Assembly: GCA_043773745.1 (NCBI GenBank)
Contig: JAYVEV010000132.1
Coordinates: forward strand, 1,073 to 65,072
Direction: 5' to 3'
DNA length: 64,000 nucleotides
Origin: Burkholderiales bacterium
Lineage (GTDB): Bacteria; Pseudomonadota; Gammaproteobacteria; Burkholderiales; Usitatibacteraceae
Both the position numbers and the translations under genes were made by a program. The notes beneath the pieces were generated by a model, which was given only the letters and a program-made list of their open reading frames with translations, ran no database searches and was not told the DNA's origin. Shown here in pieces: positions 9,362 to 20,751 of the stretch (within the stretch, counting starts at the first letter, position 1; each line of letters begins with the position of its first letter).

Positions 9362-10654
9362 ATGCGTTGTCATTTTTATGCTGCCCTGCTGTCTGCTGTT
9401 TCATTGCTCATATCCTTGCCGTCGTATGCGGCACTATCGCTGGCCGAAGCTCAGCGCCTTGCCGCGAAAGACGCGCCTGCCGTTGACGCACAAGCCGCCA
9501 TCCTGCGCGCGGCACAGCAGTCGAGCCTGAGCGCAGGCGAATTATCCGACCCCAAGCTCATCCTCGGTGTTGATAATTTGCCGGTTGATACCGCTGACCG
9601 ATTCAGCCTCACGCGCGACTTCATGACGATGCGTAAGATCGGCTTCATGCAGGAGTTCACCCGCTCGGAAAAACTAAAGCTCCGTGGCGAACGCGCCAAT
9701 GCTGAGGTGCGCAAGGAAGCTGCCGTACTCGCGCTCACTGAAGTCAACCTACAGCGTGATGTTGCCTTGGCGTGGATTGATCGCTACTTCGCCGAGCGCC
9801 AGCTTGATCTGCTCAAAGAGCTTGCCCGTGAAAGTGAACTGCAAATCACCGCCGCACAGGCCGCGCTCGCGGGTGGCAAGGGGCAGGCTGCTGATCCGTT
9901 TGCAGCCCGTCTGGCCACCGCCCAGCTTGCTGATCGGATCATCGACAGTGAGCGGCTGGTGGCGCGTGCCCAAATTAATTTGGCACGCTGGCTTGGTGCC
10001 GCCGCGAAGCAGCCACTGGATGCCGCACCGGCATTCGATCAGCTTGCCCATCGCCATGCCGATTTAATCGCGCGGCTGGAAAGCCATCCGCATCTCGCCA
10101 TGTATGCGCCGATGCAGTCAATGGCTGACAGCGAGATGCGTCTGGCTGAAGCAGCCAAACATCCCGACTGGAGTCTGGAAGTCGCTTATGCGCAGCGCGG
10201 TCCAGCCTTCTCCAATATGCTGTCGGTTGGGGTGCGGATTGACTTACCGATTTTTCAGAGCCGCCGGCAGGACCCGACCATGGCATCCAAAGCCGCATTG
10301 GTTGAGCAGGTGCGGGCGCAAGCAGAAGACGCCAAGCGTATTCATACGGCCGAAATCGAGTCCCTGCTGGCTGACTGGGACGCCGCTGCCAATCGCGTAC
10401 AGCGTTATCGCACCGAGCTGCTGCCGCTCGCGCACGAACGAACCGAAGTCGCGCTTGCCAGCTATCGCGGCGGCAGGAGCGATCTTGCGCCGGTACTCGA
10501 GGCGCGCAAAGGCGAGATCGAAACACGCATGAATCACCTGGGTGCGCAAAGCGAACTGGCACGCGCTTGGGCCCATCTCAACTTTCTGATCCCCGAGACA
10601 AACATCAGCAGCAGCAAAGAAAACGAAAACAAATGGAAATCAAATGAAAAATAA
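9362..10654 (+). CDS. TolC-family outer-membrane efflux factor (CusC/SilC-like)
   Basis: The ATG at 9362 follows GGAGG. It has a signal peptide, the duplicated coiled-coil/beta-barrel layout of the OEP family, and an 11-nt overlap with the adaptor gene. Confidence 0.85.
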   Translation: MRCHFYAALLSAVSLLISLPSYAALSLAEAQRLAAKDAPAVDAQAAILRAAQQSSLSAGELSDPKLILGVDNLPVDTADRFSLTRDFMTMRKIGFMQEFTRSEKLKLRGERANAEVRKEAAVLALTEVNLQRDVALAWIDRYFAERQLDLLKELARESELQITAAQAALAGGKGQAADPFAARLATAQLADRIIDSERLVARAQINLARWLGAAAKQPLDAAPAFDQLAHRHADLIARLESHPHLAMYAPMQSMADSEMRLAEAAKHPDWSLEVAYAQRGPAFSNMLSVGVRIDLPIFQSRRQDPTMASKAALVEQVRAQAEDAKRIHTAEIESLLADWDAAANRVQRYRTELLPLAHERTEVALASYRGGRSDLAPVLEARKGEIETRMNHLGAQSELARAWAHLNFLIPETNISSSKENENKWKSNEK

Positions 10655-12176
10655 ACTTAGCTTGATATTGGCCATCGCCATCATTCTGGGGTTGGGCATG
10701 GGTGGTGGTTACTGGTTTGCCATGCGCCGCATGATGGCTGACACGACCATGCAAGCCGATTCCGGTGCGGCCGATGCAGCCAACAAAAAGCCCTTGTACT
10801 ACTACGACCCGATGTACCCGCAGCAAAAATTCGATAAGCCCGGCAAATCACCCTTCATGGACATGATGCTGGTGCCGGTGTTTGGTGACGACGGCGCCGA
10901 CAGTGGCTCGGTCAAAATCAGCTCGCGCATCGTGCAGAACCTGGGCATCCGCACCGCCGCAGTCAGCAAAGGCTCAATCGATAAAAAAGTGCAGGCCGTC
11001 GGCGCCGTCACATTCGATGAGCGCGCGGTTGCAGTGGTGCAGGCACGCGTCAATGGTTTTATCGAAAAACTATGGGTGCGCGCGCCACTAGATCTTGTCC
11101 GGAAAGGACAGCCATTGGCGGAAATCCTGGCGCCGGAATGGGTTGCTGCGCAGGAAGAGTATCTGGCCCTGCGAAACAGTCCGCAGGCCAGCAATGAATT
11201 ACGGCAAGCGGCACGCCAGCGTCTTATTTTGTTGGGCATGGCCGCATCAACCGTTGCCGCGATAGAGGCAGATGGCAAAACACGACCACGCATCACGCTA
11301 CTGGCCCCGATCAGCGGTGTGATTAGCGAACTCGGCGCGCGTGAAGGCATGACCGTGATGGCCGGCGCGATGCTGTTTCGCATCAACGGGCTGTCAACCG
11401 TATGGGTGAATGCTGATGTGCCGGAAACGCAGGTAGCGTGGCTGAAACCGGGCAGCAATATTGAGGCGACCGTACCCGCCTATCCCGGCGAAGTATTCAA
11501 GGGCCGCATCACCGCGCTGCTGCCCGATATCAACGCCAGTACTCGCACGCTCAAGGCCCGCATCGAGGTCGCCAATCCCAATAGCCGCCTGGTGCCGGGC
11601 ATGTATGCCACGGTCACCGTGACCGGCGCAGCCGCGCGTGAAGTACTGTTGGTGCCGTCCGAAGCTGTAATCCAGACCGGCAAGCGTGCCGTGATTATCG
11701 TTGCCGATAGTGCGCAGGATGGCAAACAACAATTCGCCCCGATCGATGTGGCTATCGGTGCTGAAGCGAATGGCATGACGGAAATCCGCAGTGGCCTGTC
11801 AGAAGGGATGAAGGTGGTGCTGTCGGGCCAATTCCTGATTGATTCCGAAGCGAGCCTCAAATCCACCACCACGCGCATGAGTAATGCGCCAGGAACATCG
11901 CCAGAACTGCATAAGGGCGAAGGCAAGGTTGAGAAAATCGGCAAAGACAGCGTGATCATTTCACACGGGCCGATCCCGACGATGCAGATGGGCGCTATGA
12001 CGATGGAATTCAAAGCGCCAAAATCAGGCGTGCCCGCCAACATCAAAGAAGGCGGGATGGTCTCGTTTGAATTGATGATGACACCGAAGGGCGAGATGGC
12101 GCTTGGCAGTATTCAGCCGCTTGCTGCACAGGGCGCTGCCCCGGATGCGATGAAATCTGAAGGGATGAAAAAATGA
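10644..12176 (+). CDS. RND periplasmic adaptor (CusB/SilB-like) with C-terminal CusF-like metallochaperone domain
   Basis: The N-terminus has the motif [28 protein letters not shown], followed by an HlyD/barrel-sandwich region. The C-terminal ~70 aa carry the CusF-type site H-x7-M-x2-M-x-M ([17 protein letters not shown], nt 11964-12005). Confidence 0.85.
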   Translation: MKNKLSLILAIAIILGLGMGGGYWFAMRRMMADTTMQADSGAADAANKKPLYYYDPMYPQQKFDKPGKSPFMDMMLVPVFGDDGADSGSVKISSRIVQNLGIRTAAVSKGSIDKKVQAVGAVTFDERAVAVVQARVNGFIEKLWVRAPLDLVRKGQPLAEILAPEWVAAQEEYLALRNSPQASNELRQAARQRLILLGMAASTVAAIEADGKTRPRITLLAPISGVISELGAREGMTVMAGAMLFRINGLSTVWVNADVPETQVAWLKPGSNIEATVPAYPGEVFKGRITALLPDINASTRTLKARIEVANPNSRLVPGMYATVTVTGAAAREVLLVPSEAVIQTGKRAVIIVADSAQDGKQQFAPIDVAIGAEANGMTEIRSGLSEGMKVVLSGQFLIDSEASLKSTTTRMSNAPGTSPELHKGEGKVEKIGKDSVIISHGPIPTMQMGAMTMEFKAPKSGVPANIKEGGMVSFELMMTPKGEMALGSIQPLAAQGAAPDAMKSEGMKK

Positions 12177-15100
12177 TTGCGCGACTCATCCGCGCCTCGA
12201 TCGTCAACCGTTTTCTGGTATTGCTGGTCACCCTGATCGTCACCGCATGGGGCATCTGGTCGGTCGGCAAAACCCCGCTCGATGCCATTCCCGATCTCTC
12301 GGATGTGCAGGTCATCATTCGCACCAGCTACCCCGGACAGGCACCGCAGATTGTTGAGAACCAGATCACCTATCCGCTCACCACCACCATGCTGTCAGTA
12401 CCGGGGGTGAAAACGGTGCGCGGCTATTCATTCTTCGGTGATTCGTTTGTTTATATTATTTTTGAAGATGGCACGGATCTTTACTGGGCTCGTTCGCGGG
12501 CCCTCGAATATTTGAATCAGGTGCAATCGCGTTTGCCGCAAAACGCCAAGGCCTCGCTGGGCCCGGATGCAACCGGGGTGGGCTGGATTTACGAATACGC
12601 ACTGGTGGACCGCACCGGCAAACACGATCTGGCTGAGCTGCGCGCGCTGCAAGACTGGTTCCTGAAATACGAATTAAAGACCCTGCCCAATGTGGCCGAA
12701 GTCGCCACCATCGGCGGCATGGTCAAGCAGTATCAGGTAGTGCTCGATCCGGATCGCCTGCGCGCGTACAACATCCCGCATAGCAAAATCATCGCCGCAA
12801 TTCGGAATGCCAATCAGGAAACCGGCGGCTCGGTGCTGGAGCTGGGCGAGGCAGAATACATGGTGCGCTCGGGCGGCTATCTGAAAACGCTGGCCGACTT
12901 CCAATCAATTCCCATCATGACCAGCGATACAGGGGTAGTGGTATTGCTAAAAGACGTAGCCCGTATTCAGACCGGCCCTGAAATGCGGCGCGGCATTGCC
13001 GAATTAAACGGTGAAGGCGAAGTAGCGGGTGGAGTGATTATCATGCGCTCGGGCAAGAACGCGCTCGAGACCATTGAGGCCGTTAAAGCCAAACTGGCAA
13101 CGCTCAAACCGGGCTTGCCATCAGGTGTGGAAATCATTACTACCTACGACCGCTCCGATTTGATCACGCGCGCGGTTGAAAACCTGCGCGGCAAATTGAT
13201 CGAAGAATTCATCGTGGTTGCGCTGGTATGTTTCGCATTTTTATTTCATCTGCGCTCGGCACTGGTGGCGATTGTTTCATTGCCCATCGGCATCCTGATG
13301 GCGTTTATCGTCATGCGTTATCAGGGTGTGAATGCCAATATCATGTCGCTGGGCGGGATCGCGATTGCGATCGGCGCGATGGTCGATGCGGCCGTGGTGA
13401 TGATCGAGAACGCGCACAAGCATATCGAGGCGTGGCATCACCAGCATCCCAACCAAAAACTGGAGGGCGATACACAGTGGCAGGTGATTGCGGATGCGGC
13501 GGCCGAGGTGGGTCCCGCGTTGTTTTTCAGTCTGCTCATCATCACGCTTTCGTTCATTCCCGTGTTCACGTTGGAAGCGCAGGAAGGCCGGTTATTTTCT
13601 CCGCTGGCGTTCACCAAAAGTTATGCGATGGCCGCTGCGGCCTGCCTGTCAGTGACCCTGATTCCGGTGCTGATGGGTTACCTGATTCGCGGCAAAATTC
13701 CGGATGAGCAAAAAAATCCACTGAACCGTTTTCTGATTGCGCTGTATCGCCCGCTGCTGGACAAGGTGCTGGCATTTCCGAAAGTAACACTTGCCGTGGC
13801 CTTGGTCATTCTGTTGGCAACCATTTTTCCCGCGTCACAAATTGGCGGTGAATTCATGCCGCCGCTCGACGAGGGCGATTTGCTATACATGCCTTCGGCT
13901 CTACCGGGTTTATCAAGCGGCAAGGCAGCGGAAATTCTTCAGCAAACCAACAAGCTGATCATGACCGTGCCGGAGGTGGCGCGCGTGTTTGGCAAGATTG
14001 GCCGCGCTGAAACCGCCACCGATCCCGCGCCACTGGAGATGGTCGAGACCACCATCCAATTCAAACCGCAGGCGCAATGGCGCGCGGGCATGACACCTGA
14101 AAAATTGATCGAGCAGCTGGATCGCACGGTGAAATTGCCGGGCCTCGCCAACCTGTGGATTCCGCCGATTCGCAATCGTATCGATATGCTCGCCACTGGC
14201 ATTAAGAGCCCAGTGGGCGTCAAGGTGGCCGGTACTGATCTTGCCGAAATCGACCGCATTGCCAGCGAGGTTGAACGCGTTGTCAAAAATGTGCCCGGAG
14301 TCACGTCGGCATTGGCGGAACGGCTTACCGGTGGGCGCTATATCGATATCAACATCAATCGTCTGGTTGCTGCCCGTTACGGCATGAATGTGGCGGATGT
14401 GCAGAGCGTGGTTTCAGCGGCCATCGGCGGCGACAATATTGGCGAGACCGTGGAAGGCCTTCAGCGTTTTCCGATCAATGTGCGCTATCCGCGCGAGATT
14501 CGCGATTCGGTCGAGAACATCCGTAACCTGCCCATCGTCACTGAACGCGGCGCACAAATTACTCTGGGTACCGTGGCCGATATCAAGATCGCCGATGGAC
14601 CGCCGATGCTCAAAAGTGAAAACGCAAGGCTCTCGGGCTGGGTCTATATCGATATTCGCGGACGCGATCTGCAGTCGGTGGTGAACGACATGCAGCAGGC
14701 AGTGGCGAAAGAAATCAAGCTCACCCCCGGTTATTCAATTGCATGGTCGGGACAGTTCGAATATCTCGAGCGGGCCAGCGCAAAACTAAAAATCGTTGTG
14801 CCGTTCACATTGCTGATTATTTTCGTGTTGCTGTATCTGACCTTCAAGCGTTTCGATGAGGCCATTTTAATCATGGCCACCCTACCGTTCGCGCTGGTGG
14901 GCGGCCTGTGGCTGATGTACGCCCTGGGTTATGCCATGTCGGTGGCGAGTGCCGTCGGCTTCATTGCGTTATCGGGGGTGGCAGCAGAATTCGGCGTAAT
15001 CATGCTGCTCTACCTGAAACAGGCCTGGGACAAACAACTCGCTCACGGCAACAGTGATTTGCCTTCGCTGCTCGCGGCCATTCGCGAAGGCGCTGTGCTG

Positions 15101-15325
15101 AGGGTGCGGCCCAAAGCGATGACGGTCGCGGTGATTCTGGCCGGCCTGTTTCCGATCATGTGGAGCGGTGGCACCGGCTCGGAAGTCATGCAGCGCATTG
15201 CCGCGCCGATGATCGGCGGCATGATTACCGCGCCATTGCTGTCGATGTTGGTGATACCGGTCGCGTATCTGCTGTTGCGTAGGCGGCACCTGCACTTGGA
15301 AGGGTCGAATGCGTTGTCAATATAG
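12173..15325 (+). CDS. cusA: CusA/CzcA-family heavy-metal efflux RND pump
   Basis: The product is 1050 aa with 12-TM RND architecture. The N-terminus [22 protein letters not shown] and other CusA-like blocks are present. ATGA start/stop coupling links it to the adaptor gene. Confidence 0.9.
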   Translation: MIARLIRASIVNRFLVLLVTLIVTAWGIWSVGKTPLDAIPDLSDVQVIIRTSYPGQAPQIVENQITYPLTTTMLSVPGVKTVRGYSFFGDSFVYIIFEDGTDLYWARSRALEYLNQVQSRLPQNAKASLGPDATGVGWIYEYALVDRTGKHDLAELRALQDWFLKYELKTLPNVAEVATIGGMVKQYQVVLDPDRLRAYNIPHSKIIAAIRNANQETGGSVLELGEAEYMVRSGGYLKTLADFQSIPIMTSDTGVVVLLKDVARIQTGPEMRRGIAELNGEGEVAGGVIIMRSGKNALETIEAVKAKLATLKPGLPSGVEIITTYDRSDLITRAVENLRGKLIEEFIVVALVCFAFLFHLRSALVAIVSLPIGILMAFIVMRYQGVNANIMSLGGIAIAIGAMVDAAVVMIENAHKHIEAWHHQHPNQKLEGDTQWQVIADAAAEVGPALFFSLLIITLSFIPVFTLEAQEGRLFSPLAFTKSYAMAAAACLSVTLIPVLMGYLIRGKIPDEQKNPLNRFLIALYRPLLDKVLAFPKVTLAVALVILLATIFPASQIGGEFMPPLDEGDLLYMPSALPGLSSGKAAEILQQTNKLIMTVPEVARVFGKIGRAETATDPAPLEMVETTIQFKPQAQWRAGMTPEKLIEQLDRTVKLPGLANLWIPPIRNRIDMLATGIKSPVGVKVAGTDLAEIDRIASEVERVVKNVPGVTSALAERLTGGRYIDININRLVAARYGMNVADVQSVVSAAIGGDNIGETVEGLQRFPINVRYPREIRDSVENIRNLPIVTERGAQITLGTVADIKIADGPPMLKSENARLSGWVYIDIRGRDLQSVVNDMQQAVAKEIKLTPGYSIAWSGQFEYLERASAKLKIVVPFTLLIIFVLLYLTFKRFDEAILIMATLPFALVGGLWLMYALGYAMSVASAVGFIALSGVAAEFGVIMLLYLKQAWDKQLAHGNSDLPSLLAAIREGAVLRVRPKAMTVAVILAGLFPIMWSGGTGSEVMQRIAAPMIGGMITAPLLSMLVIPVAYLLLRRRHLHLEGSNALSI

Positions 15326-15334
15326 GAGAGCAAC

Positions 15335-16264
15335 ATGAGATCACACTTCATCCTGAGACTTGTTTGTACTCTGGCAGGCATTATTCTGCTAAACGGCTGT
15401 GCTACGTTTCTGCCGCACATGCCAGTCATTGACCCGCCGAGATCCGTAGCTGCCAAGCCGTTTCCAATAGGTGTCAAGCCTGTCGCCTTGGTACTTTCAG
15501 GCGGTTCTGCCCGTGGCTTTGCACATATCGGCATACTTAAGGTTCTTGAAGAGCAGGGGCTGAAGCCGGACATCATCGTTGGCACAAGCGCTGGCAGTAT
15601 TGTTGGTGCACTTTACGCATCAGGCCTAACCGCTTCTGAATTGGCGTCCGCACTCGCGCAACTAGACAAATCAACGTTTACCGATTTTGTCATGCCCAAC
15701 CTGGGATTTTTTCCAGGGGAAATGGGGTTTGTACGCGGCAACAAGCTGCATCGTTTTATTGATGCCCGATTAAAGCAACACCGTATACAAGATTTTCCGA
15801 TTCGATTCGCCGCCGTTACAACTGATCTAAATACTGGCAAACCGGTTGCATTTAATTCAGGTGATGCAGGACTGGCGGTGGTTGCATCATCTGCCGTACC
15901 CGGCATGATTATGCCAGTCGAAATTAATCGGCATCGGTATGGTGACGGACAAATTTCAAGTCCGCTACCGGTCAGCATCGCGCGCGCGCTGGGTGCAAAA
16001 GTTGTGATCGCGGTGGATGTTGTTTATCCGCCGGAAGATGCCTTTCTCAAAAGCACGGTCAGCGTACTGTTTCAGGCATTCACGATTTCTGTTTATCGTA
16101 TAAAAGAGTATGAGGCAGTCGATGCTGATCTGGTGATTAAACCGGATTTGGGCAAGACCACGGGACAAATGACCTTTGGCGACCGGGAGCGGTTGATTGC
16201 AGCCGGCGACGCGGCAATACGCGAAATACTGCCCGCAGTCAAAAAGCTGTTCAGGCAAGATTGA
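15335..16264 (+). CDS. Patatin-like phospholipase (RssA-type), probable lipoprotein
   Basis: It has a lipobox (LLNGC), an oxyanion motif (GGSARG), the nucleophile motif GTSAG and a later DG dyad (YGDGQ). Confidence 0.85.
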   Translation: MRSHFILRLVCTLAGIILLNGCATFLPHMPVIDPPRSVAAKPFPIGVKPVALVLSGGSARGFAHIGILKVLEEQGLKPDIIVGTSAGSIVGALYASGLTASELASALAQLDKSTFTDFVMPNLGFFPGEMGFVRGNKLHRFIDARLKQHRIQDFPIRFAAVTTDLNTGKPVAFNSGDAGLAVVASSAVPGMIMPVEINRHRYGDGQISSPLPVSIARALGAKVVIAVDVVYPPEDAFLKSTVSVLFQAFTISVYRIKEYEAVDADLVIKPDLGKTTGQMTFGDRERLIAAGDAAIREILPAVKKLFRQD

Positions 16265-16541
16265 TCGGTACTTCGCCCAGCTCGCTGCACTTGACTCCGT
16301 ACCATAGTACGGGGCGGATATTCAGTCTAGTTCCGGAGAATCCTCAGCGTGGGGCGCGCTGCAGCCCAGTTGAAGAATGGCTGAGCGGCATTCCTGTTGA
16401 CAGAGTCGCATGGCATCATGTGGCTCTGTCAGGCTCATGCAGTCAATCTGACTCAGCGAATCCAGCCACGACAGATCACTCTGCGGGTCCATTACTTCAC
16501 GAATCATCGATAAATTGTTACACACAGCGTGAAGGGACTCA

Positions 16542-16961
16542 TTACCAATGTCTGATGTAAGGACGGCCATCGATATAAGCTACATAGGGTCGGGGGGCCC
16601 AGACGCCGCCATATCCCCAACCCCAACCGCGCCCATACAGCCAATTGTCTTCATAAGCCTCGCGCCGTCCCTGGCGCTCGGCCATTTTCAGCTGACCCTG
16701 CTGCATGAAATCAAGCACTGCGTCGGGTACACCATCGCGCGAGAGCTTGGCGTACTGGCTGGCGGTGACGTCATAGGAAGTACGGGAAGTCTTGATCTCG
16801 CTGATGATGGTCGGCGCGTCCTTGCCCGCTTTCGACATTGCAACAATTTGCTCCAGTGTGATCGGCTGACGTTCCGGTCCGCCCATGGTTGCGCAGCCGC
16901 CCAGCACAATCAGACTTGCGCCTATACAAAGTTTGCCAATTGTGAGTAAACTATGTTGCAT
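16542..16961 (-). CDS. Lipoprotein of unknown function
   Basis: The ATG at 16961 is preceded by AGGAGG. It has a lipobox (VLGGC) and a Gly/Trp/Tyr-rich C-terminus (YGRGWGWGYGGVW). Confidence 0.6.
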   Translation of the reverse strand: MQHSLLTIGKLCIGASLIVLGGCATMGGPERQPITLEQIVAMSKAGKDAPTIISEIKTSRTSYDVTASQYAKLSRDGVPDAVLDFMQQGQLKMAERQGRREAYEDNWLYGRGWGWGYGGVWAPRPYVAYIDGRPYIRHW

Positions 16962-17227
16962 GAAACACCTCCTATCCTCAATGCATAAAGAATCTGCTAC
17001 CCAACGCTGTTGCTTCCGTTCGGCCTTATGGGTCGTCGTTAAGCGACGCGGATCCCATTCCGGCATTTACTGCCACGCCTAGAAATTCATTCTAGCGCGG
17101 CATTGTCAGCTTGTCGCGCCCGGCCTGTAACAAATTAAAACGCCTGCAACTCGCCTCGCGATGACAATTAGTCAGACGCTTCTACTTTTAATACGTTCCC
17201 CACCGCCCGGTGAATGATGGAGACAAA

Positions 17228-18349
17228 ATGAATCTTGTTAATAACCCTGTTGATCAAGCCTCCGACCGGCAAGCTGGCCAACCAGCCAAGCTGCCATTCG
17301 ATAACCCGATGGGTACCGACGGCTTTGAATTTGTTGAGTACACCGCGCCCGATGTCAAGGCCTTGGGCCGCCTGTTCGAGAGCATGGGCTTCGTTGCCGT
17401 GGCCAAGCACCGCTCAAAAGATGTGACCCTCTACAAACAGGGCGATATTAATTTCATTGTCAATGCCGAGAAAGACAGTTTCGCGCAATCGTTCGCACGG
17501 GTACACGGACCGTCAGCCTGCGCGTTCGGTATCCGTGTGAAGGACGCCGCCGCCGCGTTTAAGCGGGCGATTGCACTGGGTGCCAAGGCCTACGATGGCC
17601 CGGTAGGTCCGATGGAATTGAATATTCCGGCCATTCAGGGCATCGGCGGCTCACTGCTGTATTTGATTGATCGCTACGGGCCGCGCACTATTTATGATGT
17701 GGATTTCCAGCCTATCGAAGGTGCTGACCCCACTCCCATAGGCGTCGGCCTGCAATATGTCGATCACCTGACCCACAATGTTTATATCGGCCGCATGGAT
17801 ACTTGGGCCGAGTTTTACGAGAAGCTGTTTAATTTCCGCGAAATTCGCTATTTTGATATCAAGGGCAAGAAGACGGGATTAACCTCACGCGCACTCACCA
17901 GCCCCTGCGGGAAAATTCGTATTCCGATCAACGAGCCGTCAGATCAAAAATCGCAAATTCAGGAATATCTGGATGCCTACAACGGTGAAGGCATTCAACA
18001 TATTGCGCTGGCCTGTTCGAATATTTATGAGACAGTGGAAGCGCTGCGCGCCGGAGGCGTAAAATTTCTGGATACGCCCGATGCCTATTATTCGCTGGTC
18101 AATAAGCGCGTGGCCAATCACGGTGAGGACTTGGCGCGATTGCAGAAAAACAAAATCCTGATTGATGGCGAAGGCCTGGACAAGGAATCGAACGAAGACA
18201 AGCTGCTGCAGATTTTTACCGATACGGTCATCGGCCCGATTTTCTTTGAAGTGATTCAGCGCAAAGGCAATGAAGGCTTTGGTGAAGGTAATTTCAAGGC
18301 GCTGTTTGAAGCAATTGAAGCGGATCAAATAGCGCGCGGTGTACTTTAA
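17228..18349 (+). CDS. hppD: 4-hydroxyphenylpyruvate dioxygenase
   Basis: The ATG at 17228 follows GGAG. It contains MGTDGFEFVEYTAPD..., GEGIQHIAL and FFEVIQRKG...GFGEGNFKALFE, which are the canonical HPPD iron-binding and C-terminal motifs. Confidence 0.93.
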   Translation: MNLVNNPVDQASDRQAGQPAKLPFDNPMGTDGFEFVEYTAPDVKALGRLFESMGFVAVAKHRSKDVTLYKQGDINFIVNAEKDSFAQSFARVHGPSACAFGIRVKDAAAAFKRAIALGAKAYDGPVGPMELNIPAIQGIGGSLLYLIDRYGPRTIYDVDFQPIEGADPTPIGVGLQYVDHLTHNVYIGRMDTWAEFYEKLFNFREIRYFDIKGKKTGLTSRALTSPCGKIRIPINEPSDQKSQIQEYLDAYNGEGIQHIALACSNIYETVEALRAGGVKFLDTPDAYYSLVNKRVANHGEDLARLQKNKILIDGEGLDKESNEDKLLQIFTDTVIGPIFFEVIQRKGNEGFGEGNFKALFEAIEADQIARGVL

Positions 18350-18430
18350 TAAACTCCAGAGCTGGCGCGGCTTTTTAGGCAAAAATGCCTTGAAATCCGC
18401 TCCAGCGCTTGACTTTAACCTGAATTCAAT

Positions 18431-19741
18431 ATGAAAAATTCCACCCTGCAATACCAGCCTGGCTTCGGCAATGAGTTTGCGACAGAGGCCATCCTTGGCT
18501 CGCTGCCACACGGACAAAATTCACCGCAGCGCGCACCGCACGGCTTGTATGCGGAGCAGGTTTCCGGCAGCGCATTTACCGCGCCGCGTCACGAAAATTT
18601 GCGCTCCTGGCAATATCGCCTGCGCCCGTCAGCCGCGCATTCGCCGTATCAAAAAATCGACAACAAGCTGATCCGCACCGCACCTTGCTCTGAAGTGGCC
18701 ACACCACCCAATCGGCTGCGCTGGAATCCTTTGCAGATTCCCACCCAACCAACTGATTTCATCGACGGCATGATGACCATCGCCACCAATGGTAGTGCGC
18801 GTCTGCAACAAGGCGTAGCGGTACATCTCTATGTCGCAAACCAGTCGATGCAGCGCTGCTTTTATAATGCCGATGGCGAACTGCTGATCGTGCCGCAGCA
18901 GGGTGCGCTGCAGCTCAAAACCGAGTTTGGTATTCTGGAAATATCGCCCGGCGAAATCGCGGTGATTCCACGCGGCATCAAATTTCGCGTCGATATCACG
19001 GACCAGGTGCGCGGCTATATTTGCGAAAACTATGGCGCACCGTTGCGCTTGCCCGAGCTCGGCCCGATCGGTGCCAACGGTTTGGCGAATGCGCGTGATT
19101 TTTTAGCGCCCGTCGCCTGGTTTGAAGAGGTCACCGGGACCACCACCATCATCGCCAAGTTCCACGGCAATATGTGGACTTATGAAACTGAAGGCTCACC
19201 ACTGAATGTAGTCGCTTGGCATGGCAACTACACGCCCTATAAATACGATCTTGCTAAATTCAATACGATCAACACCGTCAGTTTTGATCATCCTGACCCC
19301 TCTATTTTTACCGTGCTTACTTCGCCGTCAGAAACACCGGGCACGGCCAATATTGATTTTGTCATTTTCCCGCCACGCTGGATGGTGGCGGAACACACCT
19401 TCCGTCCGCCGTGGTTTCATCGCAATATCATGAGCGAATATATGGGCCTCGTTCACGGTGCGTATGATGCGAAGGCAGAAGGATTTTTCCCCGGCGGCGG
19501 CTCGCTGCACAATAGTTTTTCAGCCCACGGGCCAGATAAAGCCTCCTTTGAAAAAGCCTCCACCGCCGAATTAACCCCGCATTACATCGCCAACACACTG
19601 GCGTTCATGTTTGAAAGCCGCTACGTACTTGAGCCAACGAAATTTGCTCTGGAAGCGCCGGAATTGCAAGCGAATTACGATGCCGCTTGGACAGGATTCA
19701 ATGTGGCCAACATCGCCGCAAAACCAGGAAACACAAAATGA
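18431..19741 (+). CDS. hmgA: Homogentisate 1,2-dioxygenase
   Basis: It begins [23 protein letters not shown] and contains [15 protein letters not shown], both HmgA signatures. The length is 436 aa. Confidence 0.95.
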   Translation: MKNSTLQYQPGFGNEFATEAILGSLPHGQNSPQRAPHGLYAEQVSGSAFTAPRHENLRSWQYRLRPSAAHSPYQKIDNKLIRTAPCSEVATPPNRLRWNPLQIPTQPTDFIDGMMTIATNGSARLQQGVAVHLYVANQSMQRCFYNADGELLIVPQQGALQLKTEFGILEISPGEIAVIPRGIKFRVDITDQVRGYICENYGAPLRLPELGPIGANGLANARDFLAPVAWFEEVTGTTTIIAKFHGNMWTYETEGSPLNVVAWHGNYTPYKYDLAKFNTINTVSFDHPDPSIFTVLTSPSETPGTANIDFVIFPPRWMVAEHTFRPPWFHRNIMSEYMGLVHGAYDAKAEGFFPGGGSLHNSFSAHGPDKASFEKASTAELTPHYIANTLAFMFESRYVLEPTKFALEAPELQANYDAAWTGFNVANIAAKPGNTK

Positions 19742-20748
19742 AATTTGCCTCTCTAAAAAATCAGAACCCTGACGGCTCATTACTCATTGTCAGCCGTGAT
19801 TTGAAGCGTGCTTCCAGCGTGACCGATATCGCGCCCACGCTGCAACATGCGCTTGAGAATTGGCATCATCTGGAGCGGGCGCTAGTCGACGCCTACGAGG
19901 GTCTGCAGTGCGGCAATGAGCGGCCCGAATTTGATTTTCAGGCGTTGTTGCGCGATGGCGAAATTGCCGCACCGTTGCCGCGCACCCACCAGTGGCTGGA
20001 TGGCTCGGCCTATCTCTCGCATGTGGAACGCGTGCGCCGCGCCCGCAACGATAAAGTGCCGGAAAGTTTTTATCACGACCCGTTGATGTATCAGGGTGGC
20101 GGCGATGCCATGCTCGGGCCGCGCGATGATATTCGCGTGATCAGTGAAGACTGGGGCGTTGATCTGGAAGGCGAAGTTGGCGTGATCACGGGTGATGTCA
20201 AGATGGGCGCCACACCGGCTGAAGCCTCGGCGGCGGTACGTTTGCTGGTGCTGATCAATGATGTGTCATACCGTAAATTGATTCCGCCGGAACTGGCCAA
20301 GGGTTTTGGCTTCGTCAACAGCAAAGGCGCCAATGCCCTCTCACCGGTGGCTGTGACGCCCGATGAACTCGGTGCGGCATGGAGCGGCGAAAAAGGCGCG
20401 GGCAAACTCGATTACCGTCTGATCTGTCATGTGCGCAATGAATGGTTTGGCAACCCGAATGCGGCCGATGACATGACATTTTCCCTGTTTGATCTGATCG
20501 CCCATGCAGCCAAAACACGCGAACTAAAAGCAGGCACCCTGATTGGCTCGGGCACCATTTCGAATCATAATGTCGCCACTGGCTATGCGTGCATCATGGA
20601 AAAACGCTTGGTCGAGCAGGTCGAGTTGGGCGCAGCCCAAACAGATTTTCTCCGCTTTGGCGAAACTGTCAGCATTGATATGTTCGATCACCACGGCGAC
20701 ACGATTTTTGGCTCGATTGAACAAAAACTTGTGAAGTACGGAACCTAG
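19738..20748 (+). CDS. Fumarylacetoacetate-hydrolase (FAH) family protein, short (~336 aa) form
   Basis: ATGA coupling links it to the hmgA stop. The FAH-fold C-terminal region ([16 protein letters not shown] ... [11 protein letters not shown]) is present. It lacks the N-terminal domain of the ~430-aa canonical fumarylacetoacetases. Confidence 0.75.
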   Translation: MKFASLKNQNPDGSLLIVSRDLKRASSVTDIAPTLQHALENWHHLERALVDAYEGLQCGNERPEFDFQALLRDGEIAAPLPRTHQWLDGSAYLSHVERVRRARNDKVPESFYHDPLMYQGGGDAMLGPRDDIRVISEDWGVDLEGEVGVITGDVKMGATPAEASAAVRLLVLINDVSYRKLIPPELAKGFGFVNSKGANALSPVAVTPDELGAAWSGEKGAGKLDYRLICHVRNEWFGNPNAADDMTFSLFDLIAHAAKTRELKAGTLIGSGTISNHNVATGYACIMEKRLVEQVELGAAQTDFLRFGETVSIDMFDHHGDTIFGSIEQKLVKYGT

Positions 20749-20751
20749 AAT

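Noticed and set aside
15335-16264. Patatin-like phospholipase as an effector of a CBASS or other anti-phage defence system
   Set aside because: It has a lipoprotein signal peptide, and no cyclase, sensor or other defence gene is adjacent. Its neighbours are a metal efflux pump and a lipoprotein. It looks like a housekeeping RssA-type enzyme.
16322-16570. 82-aa minus-strand ORF (or 61 aa from the ATG at 16507) between the patatin and lipoprotein genes. It is Cys-containing and acidic.
   Set aside because: It overlaps the lipoprotein gene's 3' end, has no convincing RBS and carries no motif I recognise. It could still be a real small protein, but the sequence alone does not support a call. The nearby CCGTAC-CATA-GTACGG hairpin at about 16299-16314 is too short to call a terminator.
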